Shown one piece after another: positions 9,796-23,236 of a stretch of 64,000 nt of DNA. The position numbers were made by a program, and so were the translations under genes. Every line of letters begins with the position of its first letter. Positions within the stretch are counted from its first letter, which is position 1. The notes below the pieces were generated by a model. It had not been told where the DNA came from. It did not search any database and saw only the letters and a list, made by a program, of their open reading frames with translations. The stretch is from Candidatus Oxydemutator sp. (lineage in GTDB: Bacteria; Pseudomonadota; Gammaproteobacteria; Poriferisulfidales; Oxydemutatoraceae): positions 1,472,001 to 1,536,000 of the forward strand of contig OZ241883.1 of NCBI GenBank assembly GCA_965203445.1. Reading direction: 5' to 3'.

Positions 9796-11063
9796 GACGC
9801 TGCGTTTTTGTCGCGTTGTTTTTCTGCTGCGCGGCGCAGGCGCTGGAATTGGGCGAACCGCTGGTCGAGAACGCGCCTGGCGAGACGCTCGACGTCAGCA
9901 TCCCGCTGCTGGGCGTCGGCGAGACCGACCGCGCGTTGCGTCTGGTCGGAGCCGACCGCGCCGCTTACGCCGAGGCCGGAATCGAATACACGCCGCTGCA
10001 CGAGCGCCTCGTGTCGGAATTGGTGCTGGGTGGGTCGTCGCCGCGCGTCGTCGTCAGCAGCATCGGGCCGGTGTACGAGGCCGCGTTCGACCTGGTCGTC
10101 GGCATCGCCGGCGTCGCCGGCGCGTCGTTCAAACCGGTGCGCATCGTCCTGAAGACGCCGCCGTCGCCCGCGCCTGAAATAATGACGCCGCCCGGGGTGC
10201 TCGCGCGCCTGCTGTCGCTGCTCGCCGAAGAGCGCGGTCTGTCGCGCACAGCCGCGTTCGCCGAGCTCAAGCGCCTGGTCGCCGGCGGTTCTTACCGCGA
10301 GGGCGACAGGCGTCTGGTGATGGGGTTCAAGCGGGGTGATTTTGCCCCGGCTTTCGTCGGCGGCGTCGAGGCGCTGCTCGATGACGAGGCCGGCGCCTTG
10401 TTCCGGCGGCGCGTGGATCAGGGTCGCGGCGCCCATGCCTTGTCCGAGGTATTGTTCGGCGACGGCGAATACGCGCTGCTCGCACAATTGTTGGTCGCCG
10501 GTACGGTAAGCGCGATGCGAGACGGCGAGGGCGTGCCGCAACGCCTTCGCCGGCTGAACGAGAAAGTTGCGGCGCTTGAAAACCGCATCGTCGAGCTTGG
10601 CTATCTGCTGGAACGCGGCGCGGGCGAACCTCGGGAGGAGGCGCGCGTGCGCTGGTGGGAGCGCGTTGCCGGGCTGCTTGCGCACCACGGTTGGCACAAC
10701 CGCCGCCTGTTGTCACGGCCAGCGTGGATCGGTTTTGCCGCCTTTTGGGGATTGTTGCTGTTGTTGCTGGCGTGGCGGCAGTGGCGGCGCTTGCGCGCGG
10801 CGCCTGGTGCCGATACCGTCCGAGCGACGGGCGAGCGGGCGCCCGCGGCGCCGGGTTCCGGTGTTTTGCCCGGACAGAGGGAACTCGAGCAGGCGCGCAC
10901 GCGCGGCGCCGCGGACACGGCCGCCGGCAAGTTGCACCTGGCCTACGCCTATATCGAGATGGGCGAGTCGGAAAAGGCCTCGAGCCTGCTGGACGAAGTC
11001 ATCCGCGACGGCGACGCCGGGCAGGTCGAGCGCGCGCGCAGTTTGCAGGGGAAGTTGGGGTGA
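9792..11063 (+). CDS. fimV: FimV/HubP-like protein (short form)
   Basis: Signal peptide, one TM segment, C-terminal KLHLAYAYIEMG...LLDEV FimV motif; located between asd and truA. Confidence 0.8.
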   Translation: MRRCVFVALFFCCAAQALELGEPLVENAPGETLDVSIPLLGVGETDRALRLVGADRAAYAEAGIEYTPLHERLVSELVLGGSSPRVVVSSIGPVYEAAFDLVVGIAGVAGASFKPVRIVLKTPPSPAPEIMTPPGVLARLLSLLAEERGLSRTAAFAELKRLVAGGSYREGDRRLVMGFKRGDFAPAFVGGVEALLDDEAGALFRRRVDQGRGAHALSEVLFGDGEYALLAQLLVAGTVSAMRDGEGVPQRLRRLNEKVAALENRIVELGYLLERGAGEPREEARVRWWERVAGLLAHHGWHNRRLLSRPAWIGFAAFWGLLLLLLAWRQWRRLRAAPGADTVRATGERAPAAPGSGVLPGQRELEQARTRGAADTAAGKLHLAYAYIEMGESEKASSLLDEVIRDGDAGQVERARSLQGKLG

Positions 11064-11836
11064 GGCTCGCCGCGTGTCTGGAGTACGACGGTGCGGATTT
11101 TTTCGGATGGCAGAGTCAGGCACACGCGCGCAGCGTGCAGGATTGCGTCGAGGCGGCCTTCTCCCGGGTCGCCGATCACGAGCTCAAGGTCACGTGCGCC
11201 GGGCGCACCGACGCCGGCGTCCACGCCACCGGGCAGGTCGCGCATTTTGAGTCGCACGCGCGGCGCCGCGCCGACGACTGGCGACGTGGTGCCGACGGCC
11301 ATCTGCCGGACGACGTACGCGTGCGCTGGGTGCGCCCGGTGGGCGATGAGTTTCACGCTCGTTTCAGCGCGCTCAGGCGTCGCTACCGTTACGTCATCCT
11401 GAACGCGCCGGCGCCGTCGGCGCTGTTGCGTCGTCTCAGCGGTTGGGAATACCGTCCGCTGGACGCCGGGGTCATGCACGAGGCCGGGCAGACGTTGGTG
11501 GGCGAGCACGACTTCAGTGCGTACCGAAGCGCCGGATGCCGCTCGAGGACGCCGACGCGTCGCGTCGAAAGCCTGCGCGTCCACCGCGACGGGCGTTTTA
11601 TCTACGTGGACGTTTGCGCCAATGCCTTTTTGCAGCACATGGTGCGCAACGTCGTCGGCGTGTTGCTCGAAATCGGACGCGGCGAAAAACCGCGCGATTG
11701 GGCGCGCCAGGTGCTGGCCTCGCGCGACCGTACGCAAGGCGGCGTCACCGTCGCGGGTGCCGGGCTGTATCTGGTCGGGATAGAATACGACGCGCGTCAC
11801 GCCCTGCCCGACGGTGCGATATGGCCGCGCTTTTGA
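11060..11836 (+). CDS. truA: tRNA pseudouridine(38-40) synthase
   Basis: EYDGADFFGWQ, AGRTDAGVHA, FHARFSA and FLQHMVRN motifs. Confidence 0.97.
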   Translation: MRLAACLEYDGADFFGWQSQAHARSVQDCVEAAFSRVADHELKVTCAGRTDAGVHATGQVAHFESHARRRADDWRRGADGHLPDDVRVRWVRPVGDEFHARFSALRRRYRYVILNAPAPSALLRRLSGWEYRPLDAGVMHEAGQTLVGEHDFSAYRSAGCRSRTPTRRVESLRVHRDGRFIYVDVCANAFLQHMVRNVVGVLLEIGRGEKPRDWARQVLASRDRTQGGVTVAGAGLYLVGIEYDARHALPDGAIWPRF

Positions 11837-11861
11837 CAGGGCCGCATCGGCGGCGCGGATT

Positions 11862-13094
11862 ATGGCTTTGATCGTGGAAAAATTCGGCGGCACCTCGGTC
11901 GGATCGGTCGAGCGCATCCGCCACGTGGCCTCGATAGTCGCGGCGGATTGCGCGCGTGGCGACCGGGTCGTCGTCGTATTGTCGGCGATGGGCGGCGAGA
12001 CCGACCGCCTGACGGAGTTGGCGCGCGCGGTGGACGCCGATTGCGGCGGGCGCGAACTCGACGCGCTGCTTGCGACCGGCGAGCAGGCGAGCGTTGCCCT
12101 GCTTGCGCTTGCGCTCGGCGGCGAGGGGCTTGCGGGAGTGTCGCTGAGCGGCGCCCAGGTGCGCGTCCTGACCGACGACGCGTACAACCGCGCGCGTATC
12201 GTCTCCATAGAGACCGACGCCATTCGCGGCCACGTCGCCGCCGGCAGGGTACCCGTAGTCGCCGGTTTTCAGGGCGTCGACGGCGACGGTAACGTCACGA
12301 CGCTGGGGCGCGGCGGCTCCGATACCACCGCGGTCGCCGTGGCCGCGGCGCTCGGCGCGCGCGAGTGCCGCATATACAGCGACGTGGACGGCGTCTATAC
12401 CACCGACCCGCGCATCGTGGACAAGGCGCGGCGTCTCGACCGGATTACGTTCGAGGAAATGCTCGAGATGGCGAGTCTCGGATCGAAGGTTCTGCAAATA
12501 CGCGCGGTCGAACTGGCCGGTAAGTATAATGTGCCTCTCAAGGTGCTTTCGGCCTTCCGCGCGGGGTCGGGCACGCTGATCACCTACGAGGACGACGACG
12601 TGGAAAATCCCGGCATCGCCGGTATCGCCTTCAACCAGGACGAGGCCCAACTGACGGTGCGCGGGGTGCCCGACGAGCCGGGGGTCGCGGCGCGGTTGCT
12701 GGGGCCGGTGGCCGACGCCGGCGTCGAGGTGGACATGATCGTGCAAAACGTCGGTTCGCGCGACGGTGTCGCCGACTTTACGTTCACCGTCCATCGCCGC
12801 GATTACCGGCGCGCGCGCGAGATTGTGGAGCGCACCGTGGCCGGGTTGGGCGCCGGGCGCGTCACCGGCAACGCGACCATCGTCAAGGTCTCGCTGGTGG
12901 GCGTCGGCATGCGCTCGCACTCCGGCGTCGCCTCGAAGATGTTCCGCGCGCTTGCCGACAACGGCATAGACATTCGCATGATCTCGACGTCCGAGATAAA
13001 AATATCGGTGGTGCTCGAGGAGAAGGACATGAAGTCCGCGGTGCGCGTTTTGCACGACGCCTTTGAACTCGAAAGCGACGGTGGTGCGCCGTGA
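11862..13094 (+). CDS. lysC: Aspartate kinase
   Basis: KFGGTSV, TLGRGGSDTTA, DVDGVYTTDPR; C-terminal ACT domains. Confidence 0.96.
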   Translation: MALIVEKFGGTSVGSVERIRHVASIVAADCARGDRVVVVLSAMGGETDRLTELARAVDADCGGRELDALLATGEQASVALLALALGGEGLAGVSLSGAQVRVLTDDAYNRARIVSIETDAIRGHVAAGRVPVVAGFQGVDGDGNVTTLGRGGSDTTAVAVAAALGARECRIYSDVDGVYTTDPRIVDKARRLDRITFEEMLEMASLGSKVLQIRAVELAGKYNVPLKVLSAFRAGSGTLITYEDDDVENPGIAGIAFNQDEAQLTVRGVPDEPGVAARLLGPVADAGVEVDMIVQNVGSRDGVADFTFTVHRRDYRRAREIVERTVAGLGAGRVTGNATIVKVSLVGVGMRSHSGVASKMFRALADNGIDIRMISTSEIKISVVLEEKDMKSAVRVLHDAFELESDGGAP

Positions 13095-13168
13095 GCGTGT
13101 AAGTGCTTTGTTTCCGCGCCGTTTTTATTTTCGTATATACTACACTCTCACCAAGAGAGGTCCTGAAA

Positions 13169-13378
13169 GTGTTAATTTTGACAAGAAGAGTGGGCGAGAC
13201 CCTGATGATCGGCGACGACGTGACGATCACGATCTTGAGCGTACGCGGCGGCCAGATTCGCGTCGGTGTCAACGCACCGAAAAACACCGCCGTGCACCGC
13301 GAAGAAGTGTACGAGAAAATGCGCAAGGAAAACGCCGCCACCGTCCCGCAGGCTTCCGCTCCCGGCAGTTCCTTCTGA
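13169..13378 (+). CDS. csrA: Carbon storage regulator CsrA/RsmA
   Basis: (M)[17 protein letters not shown]...VGVNAPK..VHREEVY; AGAGG RBS before GTG. Confidence 0.96.
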   Translation: MLILTRRVGETLMIGDDVTITILSVRGGQIRVGVNAPKNTAVHREEVYEKMRKENAATVPQASAPGSSF

Positions 13379-13624
13379 AAAAGAAGTTCCGCAAAACGGC
13401 CCGCGAAAGTGATCTTTATGATCCGTGCGCGACGCCCGTCGGCATCGTTCCAAACGATGCCGACGGCGAGGACGGGAACCCGCCCGCCAAACTTGCCCGC
13501 CGGGTTGTCGCCACGTTCCGGCAACGTCCCGCGGCAGCATTGGCCGAGATCGGGCTATTCCCTGTAAAGAATTGATATTCTGTTGAAAATATGCTGCCGG
13601 TCGTGTTATTATCGCCAGCCCAGC

Positions 13625-13717
13625 GGAGAGATGGCCGAGTGGCTGAAGGCGCTCCCCTGCTAAGGGAGTATGGGGTGATGAGCCCCATCGAGGGTTCGAA
13701 TCCCTCTCTCTCCGCCA
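13625..13717 (+). tRNA. tRNA-Ser(GCT)
   Basis: GGAGAGATGGCCGAGTGG...CT GCT AA anticodon loop, long variable arm, GTTCGAATC, CCA end. Confidence 0.96.
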
Positions 13718-13806
13718 GCTGCGCGACACGTTGTTGACGGATTAGTCCGGGGTATTCACGGTAGCCTGCTTTGGGGCGCTTGTTTGTCCCTGAGTAAGCC
13801 CGACAC

Positions 13807-14535
13807 TCAAATGCTTCTTTCTGCGGCCGTCCTCGCGGCCTCTGCTTCGTGAAACCGTCCGAGTTTTTCAAAACTCCAGAATTTTATCCGTTTCCGCATG
13901 TCTCCAAACGTCGGCTCGCGCTTCTTGCTTTCAAAAACGTCCACCTTCTTTCTATTGGAGACGATATACATGTCCGCCGCGTAATCTCGTAGCGTGCTGA
14001 ATTTTTCTAGTGAGCGAAGAAAATCGGTCGTGTATTCGACTTCAAACAAAGAGGCCGGCATCCGACGTTCATTAAACCAGATGACGTCTATTGTCTTTGC
14101 GTGTCGCATCAATTCCGGATAACCGAATTCCGGCAATTCGGCCAGGTCGCATAGATCCATCAGACGCTTGCCGCCGGGCACGGCAAGCCTTTTCCTGTCT
14201 TGCATCGGGGTGTAGGTGCTGTATCCTCTCATGCGGCCTAATTCAAGCAACAGGCCTTGATAATAACCGTGCCGATCCGATTCATTTTTCTTTGATACAG
14301 GTGTGTCCGCCGTCAGGTGCTCGAACTTGTCATGTTCTTTTTCCAGGCAATAGAGGCCGGGTTTGATTTTTCTGATTGCATCACTTTGTTGCGCTATTCT
14401 GCGCACGGAAGCAAAAGGTGTTCTGGTTTTCCACGTCAGTGCATGGTCGCTGAAGGTCTCCTGGTATAGTTGTTTTAGCGTGGCGCATCCCCCCAACCGC
14501 TCTAAGGCCACGATTACTTGTTCGGTTTGTGTCAT
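13807..14535 (-). CDS. Putative HTH (HARE-HTH-like) + PD-(D/E)xK-fold nuclease
   Basis: N-terminal LGG.ATL..LY and WKTRTPFASVRR; C-terminal IDVIWF...FEVE; AT-richer; immediately after the tRNA. Confidence 0.6.
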   Translation of the reverse strand: MTQTEQVIVALERLGGCATLKQLYQETFSDHALTWKTRTPFASVRRIAQQSDAIRKIKPGLYCLEKEHDKFEHLTADTPVSKKNESDRHGYYQGLLLELGRMRGYSTYTPMQDRKRLAVPGGKRLMDLCDLAELPEFGYPELMRHAKTIDVIWFNERRMPASLFEVEYTTDFLRSLEKFSTLRDYAADMYIVSNRKKVDVFESKKREPTFGDMRKRIKFWSFEKLGRFHEAEAARTAAERSI

Positions 14536-14639
14536 GGACGACAATCATAACAAAATTTCTCGCCTGCTTTCAGGCGGGCGGGGTTGTCCGATGAATGAAA
14601 AGCGCGTCGTATGGACGTGGGTGTGTGGAGGTGGCTCAC

Positions 14640-14671
14640 TTGACTGGGCGGTTGGTAATGACGGTATTACC
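14640..14671 (+). promoter_or_regulatory. Putative TA promoter with palindromic operator
   Basis: TTGACT at 14640-14645 and inverted repeat GGTAAT-N6-ATTACC at 14654-14671 upstream of the antitoxin. Confidence 0.5.
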
Positions 14672-14729
14672 TGCGCCCCCTCGCTGAATACAGGGTGCGA
14701 CTGGCGCACAGCGGGGGAGGAGGCAACTC

Positions 14730-14975
14730 GTGCGGACAAAAGCGCACCAGACGAAAGTCGGCAAATTGACGAAGAAATACCAGGCGACCATTCCGGTGCA
14801 GGTGCGCCGTGTTTTGGAATTGAAGGTTGGAGATTCCGTCGCGTTCGATATAGGCGACGACGATGTGTATCTTCGCAAAGCCAGGCCGATAGACCGGGTT
14901 TTCGCCGAGGCTCTGGAAAGCACGTTGAGCGAGTGGGCGTCAGAGGCCGACGACAAGGCATATCGTGGTCTATGA
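14730..14975 (+). CDS. AbrB/MazE-family antitoxin
   Basis: KLTKKYQATIP..VR..L.L..GD.V.F swapped-hairpin motif; acidic C-terminus EWASEADDKAY; GGAGG RBS. Confidence 0.9.
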   Translation: MRTKAHQTKVGKLTKKYQATIPVQVRRVLELKVGDSVAFDIGDDDVYLRKARPIDRVFAEALESTLSEWASEADDKAYRGL

Positions 14976-15312
14976 TGCTTTCGACGTCATCGTCGTCCCG
15001 TTTCCGTCCACGGGCAGGAGCGCGATAAGGCGTCGCCCCGCCCTGGTATTGTCGGTGGCCGCCGCCTTCGACCGCAAGACGAACCATGCGGTGTCGGCAA
15101 TGATCACAAGCGCCGACAATTCCAGTTGGCCGCTGGACGTGCCGCTCAGTGATCTTGACGCGGCGGGACTGGTCTCGCCGTCGGTGGTGCGGATGAAGTT
15201 GTTCACCCTGGACAATCGGTTGGTTTTACGCAAAGCGGGCGCCCTTGCCGCAAATGACCGCGGCACGGTATGCAAGGCGCTCGCCCGACTGCTCACTATT
15301 GGCGCGAGGTAA
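14965..15312 (+). CDS. PemK/MazF-family toxin (endoribonuclease)
   Basis: FDVIVVPFP...RRRPALVLS, MITS, AGL..PSVVR; overlaps the antitoxin. Confidence 0.9.
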   Translation: MVYDAFDVIVVPFPSTGRSAIRRRPALVLSVAAAFDRKTNHAVSAMITSADNSSWPLDVPLSDLDAAGLVSPSVVRMKLFTLDNRLVLRKAGALAANDRGTVCKALARLLTIGAR

Positions 15313-15553
15313 AGCGTCCGACGGCCGGCCCGGCCCACCGCCGTGCACGACCAACCGGTTTTTTGTCGCCGGTTCCGGGATTGCGCGGTTGATGGGGCGG
15401 TTTGCAAAATAGTCGTCGTCGGCCCGCTCCTGAAGTAGTTCGGCCGGCGTCGGAGAGCGCGGGCCGACGCCGACGCCCGCGATCCAATCGTTTGCGGTGT
15501 TTTCAGTTGCCGCCTTTGCCTGCATGAACGCGGGCATTCGACCAAGCGGCAAG

Positions 15554-15900
15554 ACGAGTCGGCCGATAAGCCGGGTTCTGTCGAGAACGGTCATTCATCT
15601 GGGGCGTACGTCGCCGCACGCCTCTTGCGGTCTACCCGGAAGCCGCGCGCGGGCCACGCGTCGCGCAATGCGCATGCCTCCCTATTTAACCTTGCTCCGG
15701 GCGGGGTTTGCCCTGCCGCCGATGTTGCCATCGGCGCGGTGCGCTCTTACCGCACCTTTTCACCCTTGCCGCGCACGCGGCGGTATATTTTCTGTGGCAC
15801 TTTCCATAGGCTCACGCCTTCCAGGAGTTACCTGGCGCCCTTGCCCTGCGGAGCCCGGACTTTCCTCTGTGCGAACACAGCGACCGTCTGGCCGACTCGT
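15554..15900 (-). ncRNA. rnpB: RNase P RNA (class A)
   Basis: Reverse complement contains GAGGAAAGTCCGGGC, GGAAAGTGCCACAGAAA and GACAGAACCCGGCTTA; the ends pair as helix P1 (acgagtcggcc/ggccgactcgt). Confidence 0.96.
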
Positions 15901-15958
15901 GCGCAAGCATAACACGCTACGGCGCAATCCGGCGGTCTATTGTAATATCCGCGTTGCG

Positions 15959-16453
15959 ATGGCCGTGTGCGCGAACATCCGTATCGTCTCTGGCGGACAG
16001 ACCGGCGTGGATCGCGCGGCGCTCGACGCCGCGCTCGACGCCGGCGTCGAATGTGGCGGCTGGTGTCCCGAAGGGCGCGCGGCCGAGGATGGACGCCTGG
16101 ACGAACGCTACCCGCTCGACGAACTCGAGGGTGGCGGCTACATGGAGCGCACCCGCCGGAACGTGATCGACAGCGACGCGACGCTGATCCTTTACTTCTC
16201 CGAACTCGAAGGCGGCACGCTGATCACCCGCCAGTTTTGTATCGAAAACGGCAGGCCTTGCCTGGCGGTGGACGCCGTGCGCGAGAACGCCGCCGTCGCC
16301 GCCGGCCGCGTCGCGTCGTTCGTCGCGCTCCATCGCGTCGCTACGCTCAACGTCGCCGGGCCGAGGGCCAGCAAGCAGGCCGGGGCGTATCGCTACGCCA
16401 AAGAGGTCGTCGCGCGCTGGCTTGCCGGCGCGACCGGCGCTTCGGCGGCTTGA
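15959..16453 (+). CDS. Putative molybdenum carrier / circularly permuted YpsA SLOG-family protein
   Basis: IVSGGQTGVDRAALD, GGWCP.GR.AEDG, RTRRNV.DSDATL and LNVAGPRAS motifs. Confidence 0.85.
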   Translation: MAVCANIRIVSGGQTGVDRAALDAALDAGVECGGWCPEGRAAEDGRLDERYPLDELEGGGYMERTRRNVIDSDATLILYFSELEGGTLITRQFCIENGRPCLAVDAVRENAAVAAGRVASFVALHRVATLNVAGPRASKQAGAYRYAKEVVARWLAGATGASAA

Positions 16454-16740
16454 GCGCGGATGGACACGCTCGAACGTCTGCGCCGCGTCAGGCAGTCGCA
16501 CGACTACTGCAATCGTATGCCGGCCGCGGCTCTGGCCAGCGCGGCTTGCACGGTCGGCTTCGCGCCATGGTGCGCCAGTGCGCCGCTGCTCGATGAATAC
16601 GAGCTTGGCGTCGGCGACGATCAGGGCCGCGCCCTGATGGCTTCCGACTGGCGCCGGTACAGGTGCAGGATTTCCGGCATACGCGCTGGATTCGGCGGTT
16701 TTGGCGGCCTCGCCTTATAATTTGTCGCTCTGGGCGGCGT

Positions 16741-16829
16741 GCGAAAGTGGCGGAATTGGCAGACGCGCCGGCTTTAGGTGCCGGTGGGGGTTGTTCCCCG
16801 TGAGAGTTCGAGTCTCTCCTTTCGCACCA
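16741..16829 (+). tRNA. tRNA-Leu(TAG)
   Basis: GCGAAAGTGGCGGAATTGGCAGACGC, anticodon loop TT TAG GT, variable arm, CCA end. Confidence 0.95.
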
Positions 16830-16907
16830 TCTTGCGAAGGCCGCGAAGTGCGGCGCCGGGCGGCGGGGGTATAATTCCGCTCGTCGGGAAAATTGCGATG
16901 GTAGTCC

Positions 16908-18224
16908 ATGGATTTTTCGGTTGAAACGGCGGGCGCCCTCGGGCGCAAGTTGCGCATACGCGTGGCCGCCGAAGACGTGCGCAGGCAGGTGGAGCAGCGC
17001 CTGCGCAAATTGTCCAAGAGCGTGCGTCTCGACGGCTTTCGTCCCGGCAAAGCGCCGCTTCAAGTCGTCGAGCAGCGTTTCGGACGCGAGGTCTTCAACG
17101 AGACCGCCTACGATTTGATGCAGTCGCACTATGACCAGGTGTTGCGCGAGGAATCGCTGAAACCGGCGGGTCCCCCGAAGTTCGGCGACGTGCAGGCGCG
17201 CCCGGGCGAGGCCCTGGAGTTCACCGCCGCGGTCGAGATTTACCCCGAGTTCGAGGTCGCGGCGATGGACGACGTCACAATCGAGAAGCCGCACGCCGAG
17301 GTGAGCGAGGCCGACGTGGACGACATGGTCGAGCGCGTGCGCAAGAACCATACCGACTGGAAAACAGTGGCGCGCGCGGCGCGCCGCGGCGACCGCCTGG
17401 TCGTGGACGTCACGCGCCGAGGTGCGAGCGCGGACGCGCCCGGCATCGCCGAGGACGTTGCGCTGGTGGTGGGCGAAGACCGTATCCTGGGCGCCGCCAC
17501 CGAGCAATTCGAAGGCGCGTGCGCGGGCGACGACCGCAGCGTGCGCGCCGCGGGCGACGCCGAGACGGCCGCGGACGGCGTCGGCGAGACCGTCTATAAA
17601 GTCACCGTGAAATCGGTCGAGGAAGCCGTTATTCCCGAATTGGACGAGGCTTTTTTCAAGACCTGCGGCGTCAAGGAAGGCGGCCTGGACGGCTTGCGCG
17701 CGATGTTGCGCGAGGGCATGGAAAACGAACTGCGCACGCGCCTTGCGGCGATGCTGAAGCGGCGCGTGATGGACGCGCTGCTCGGGCAGAATGCATTCGA
17801 GGTACCCGCCGTCATGGTCGCGCGCGAGATCGAAAACCTGCGTCGTGACGCGATGCGTCGCTTTCAGATAAAGGAGGGGGATGAACGACGCCTGCCGGAC
17901 GACCTGTTCGGCGACGAGGCACTGCGGCGCGTGCGCCTGGGCTTGTTGTTGCACCGTTACGCCGAACAGCACGGTATCCGCGCCGACCGTGCCGCCTTCG
18001 AGACCAAGCTTAACGAACTGACCGCCACCTACGAAGATCCCGACGCCGCCAGGAGTTATTACCGTGGCGACGAGCGGATGCGCCTGTCGGTCGAGGCCCT
18101 GGCGGTCGAGGACGGCGTCGTCTCCGACGTGCTCGGCAAGGCGCGGGTGGAGCGCCGGGCCTATTCTTTCGACGCCGTTGTCCGCGCCGGCGCGCACCCG
18201 GAGAAAACCGATGACCCGGCGTAA
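16908..18224 (+). CDS. tig: Trigger factor
   Basis: GFRPGKAP ribosome-binding motif; upstream of clpP. Confidence 0.93.
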   Translation: MDFSVETAGALGRKLRIRVAAEDVRRQVEQRLRKLSKSVRLDGFRPGKAPLQVVEQRFGREVFNETAYDLMQSHYDQVLREESLKPAGPPKFGDVQARPGEALEFTAAVEIYPEFEVAAMDDVTIEKPHAEVSEADVDDMVERVRKNHTDWKTVARAARRGDRLVVDVTRRGASADAPGIAEDVALVVGEDRILGAATEQFEGACAGDDRSVRAAGDAETAADGVGETVYKVTVKSVEEAVIPELDEAFFKTCGVKEGGLDGLRAMLREGMENELRTRLAAMLKRRVMDALLGQNAFEVPAVMVAREIENLRRDAMRRFQIKEGDERRLPDDLFGDEALRRVRLGLLLHRYAEQHGIRADRAAFETKLNELTATYEDPDAARSYYRGDERMRLSVEALAVEDGVVSDVLGKARVERRAYSFDAVVRAGAHPEKTDDPA

Positions 18225-18837
18225 CGAGGCGCGCGCCCCCGAGAGCGCGGGCGGCCTGGTTCCGATAGTCGTCGAGCAGACCTCGCGCGGCGAGCGTTCG
18301 TACGACATCTATTCGCGTCTGTTGAAGGAGCGCGTGGTGTTCGTCGTCGGCGCCATCGAGGATCACATGGCGAATCTCGTGGTCGCCCAGATACTGTTTC
18401 TCGAATCGGAGAATCCGGACAAGGACATTTCGCTGTACATCAACTCGCCGGGCGGTTCGGTCACGGCCGGGCTTGCGATCTACGATACGATGCAGTTCGC
18501 AAAACCCGACGTCAGCACCCTGTGCGTCGGCCAGGCGGCGAGCATGGGCGCGTTGCTGCTGGCCGGCGGCGCGCGTGGCAAGCGCTACGCGCTGCCGCAC
18601 ACCAAGGTGCTGATCCACCAGCCGCTGGGCGGTTACCAGGGGCAGGCCAGCGACGTGGACATCCACGCCAGGGAAATCCTGAAAGTGCGCGACCAGGTCA
18701 ACCGCATCTTCGCCGAGCACACCGGCCAGAAGCCGCAGCGGATACGGCGTGACACCGAGCGCGATCACTTCATGGACGCGCAGGAGGCGTGCGCGTACGG
18801 GCTGGTGGACGAAATCCTGAGGCAGCGCGGATCTTGA
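18211..18837 (+). CDS. clpP: ATP-dependent Clp protease proteolytic subunit
   Basis: [24 protein letters not shown] and IHQPLGG motifs. Confidence 0.98.
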   Translation: MTRRNEARAPESAGGLVPIVVEQTSRGERSYDIYSRLLKERVVFVVGAIEDHMANLVVAQILFLESENPDKDISLYINSPGGSVTAGLAIYDTMQFAKPDVSTLCVGQAASMGALLLAGGARGKRYALPHTKVLIHQPLGGYQGQASDVDIHAREILKVRDQVNRIFAEHTGQKPQRIRRDTERDHFMDAQEACAYGLVDEILRQRGS

Positions 18838-18872
18838 TGGGATAGAATGGGAGCGCGCTTCGGGAGCCGATC

Positions 18873-20126
<1,254 letters not shown>

Positions 20127-20234
20127 CGTCCTTACCATGCGTGCGCCGCTGCGCGTTTTTTGCGGCAATGATTGAAATTTGCGCGCGCAACCCCCATAGT
20201 GTCCGCAGAAACCCTAGCACCCGGGAGGCAGCCC

Positions 20235-22685
<2,451 letters not shown>

Positions 22686-22862
22686 CGCGGGTGGCGGGCG
22701 TCGTCGCCCGCTATTGCTTCCGGTTTTGTTGTAAAATCCGCCCGTCGCAAGCACTTTCGGTTGGCCTCGGACGACGTGTGCGTTCGCGGGCGCTTAAGCC
22801 TACGGAAGTATTCGCGGCCACACCTAACTTTTATCCATACATCCAAGGAGACCAGACAATAA

Positions 22863-23135
22863 ATGAATAAATCCGAGCTAATCGAGTCAGTCGCAAGCAG
22901 TGCAGACATGTCGAAGGCGGAGGCGCAGCGCGCCGTGGAAGCCATGGTAAATTGCATCGCTGGCAGTCTGCGCAAGGGAGAGCAGGTGACCATCGTCGGT
23001 TTCGGCACCTTCCTGGTGCGCCAGCGCGGCGCCCGCACCGGACGCAACCCGCGAACGGGTGAGACCATAAACATTGCCGCCAGCCGGGTGCCTGCCTTCA
23101 AGGCCGGCAAAAGCCTGAAGGAGTCGCTGAACTGA
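22863..23135 (+). CDS. hupB: HU DNA-binding protein
   Basis: MNKSELI...GFGTF...GRNPRTGE...PAFKAGK; follows lon. Confidence 0.95.
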   Translation: MNKSELIESVASSADMSKAEAQRAVEAMVNCIAGSLRKGEQVTIVGFGTFLVRQRGARTGRNPRTGETINIAASRVPAFKAGKSLKESLN

Positions 23136-23151
23136 CGTGCCGCCGAGTTCG

Positions 23152-23226
23152 GGGTGCTTGGCTCAGCGGGTAGAGCGCCGCCCTTACAAGGCGGAGGTCG
23201 GGGGTTCGATTCCCTCAGCACCCACC
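23152..23226 (+). tRNA. tRNA-Val(TAC)
   Basis: GGGTGCT..GCTCAG, anticodon loop CT TAC AA, GTTCGATTC; 3' end reads ACCG, so CCA is not fully encoded. Confidence 0.92.
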
Positions 23227-23236
23227 GGAAATTTCA

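Noticed and set aside
13718-15553. Prophage or integrative element at tRNA-Ser
   Set aside because: No integrase, no duplicated tRNA 3' end (att) and no phage genes seen
15497-15958. N-terminal extension of the 318-aa ORF and other ORFs over 15554-15900
   Set aside because: They overlap the RNase P RNA; the recognisable protein starts at 15959
16460-16720. 86-aa ORF between the SLOG gene and tRNA-Leu
   Set aside because: No recognisable motif and weak RBS; may be real or a remnant, but cannot be supported
23224-23227. tRNA-Val lacking an encoded CCA (ACCG) as a pseudogene
   Set aside because: The cloverleaf is intact and CCA can be added post-transcriptionally
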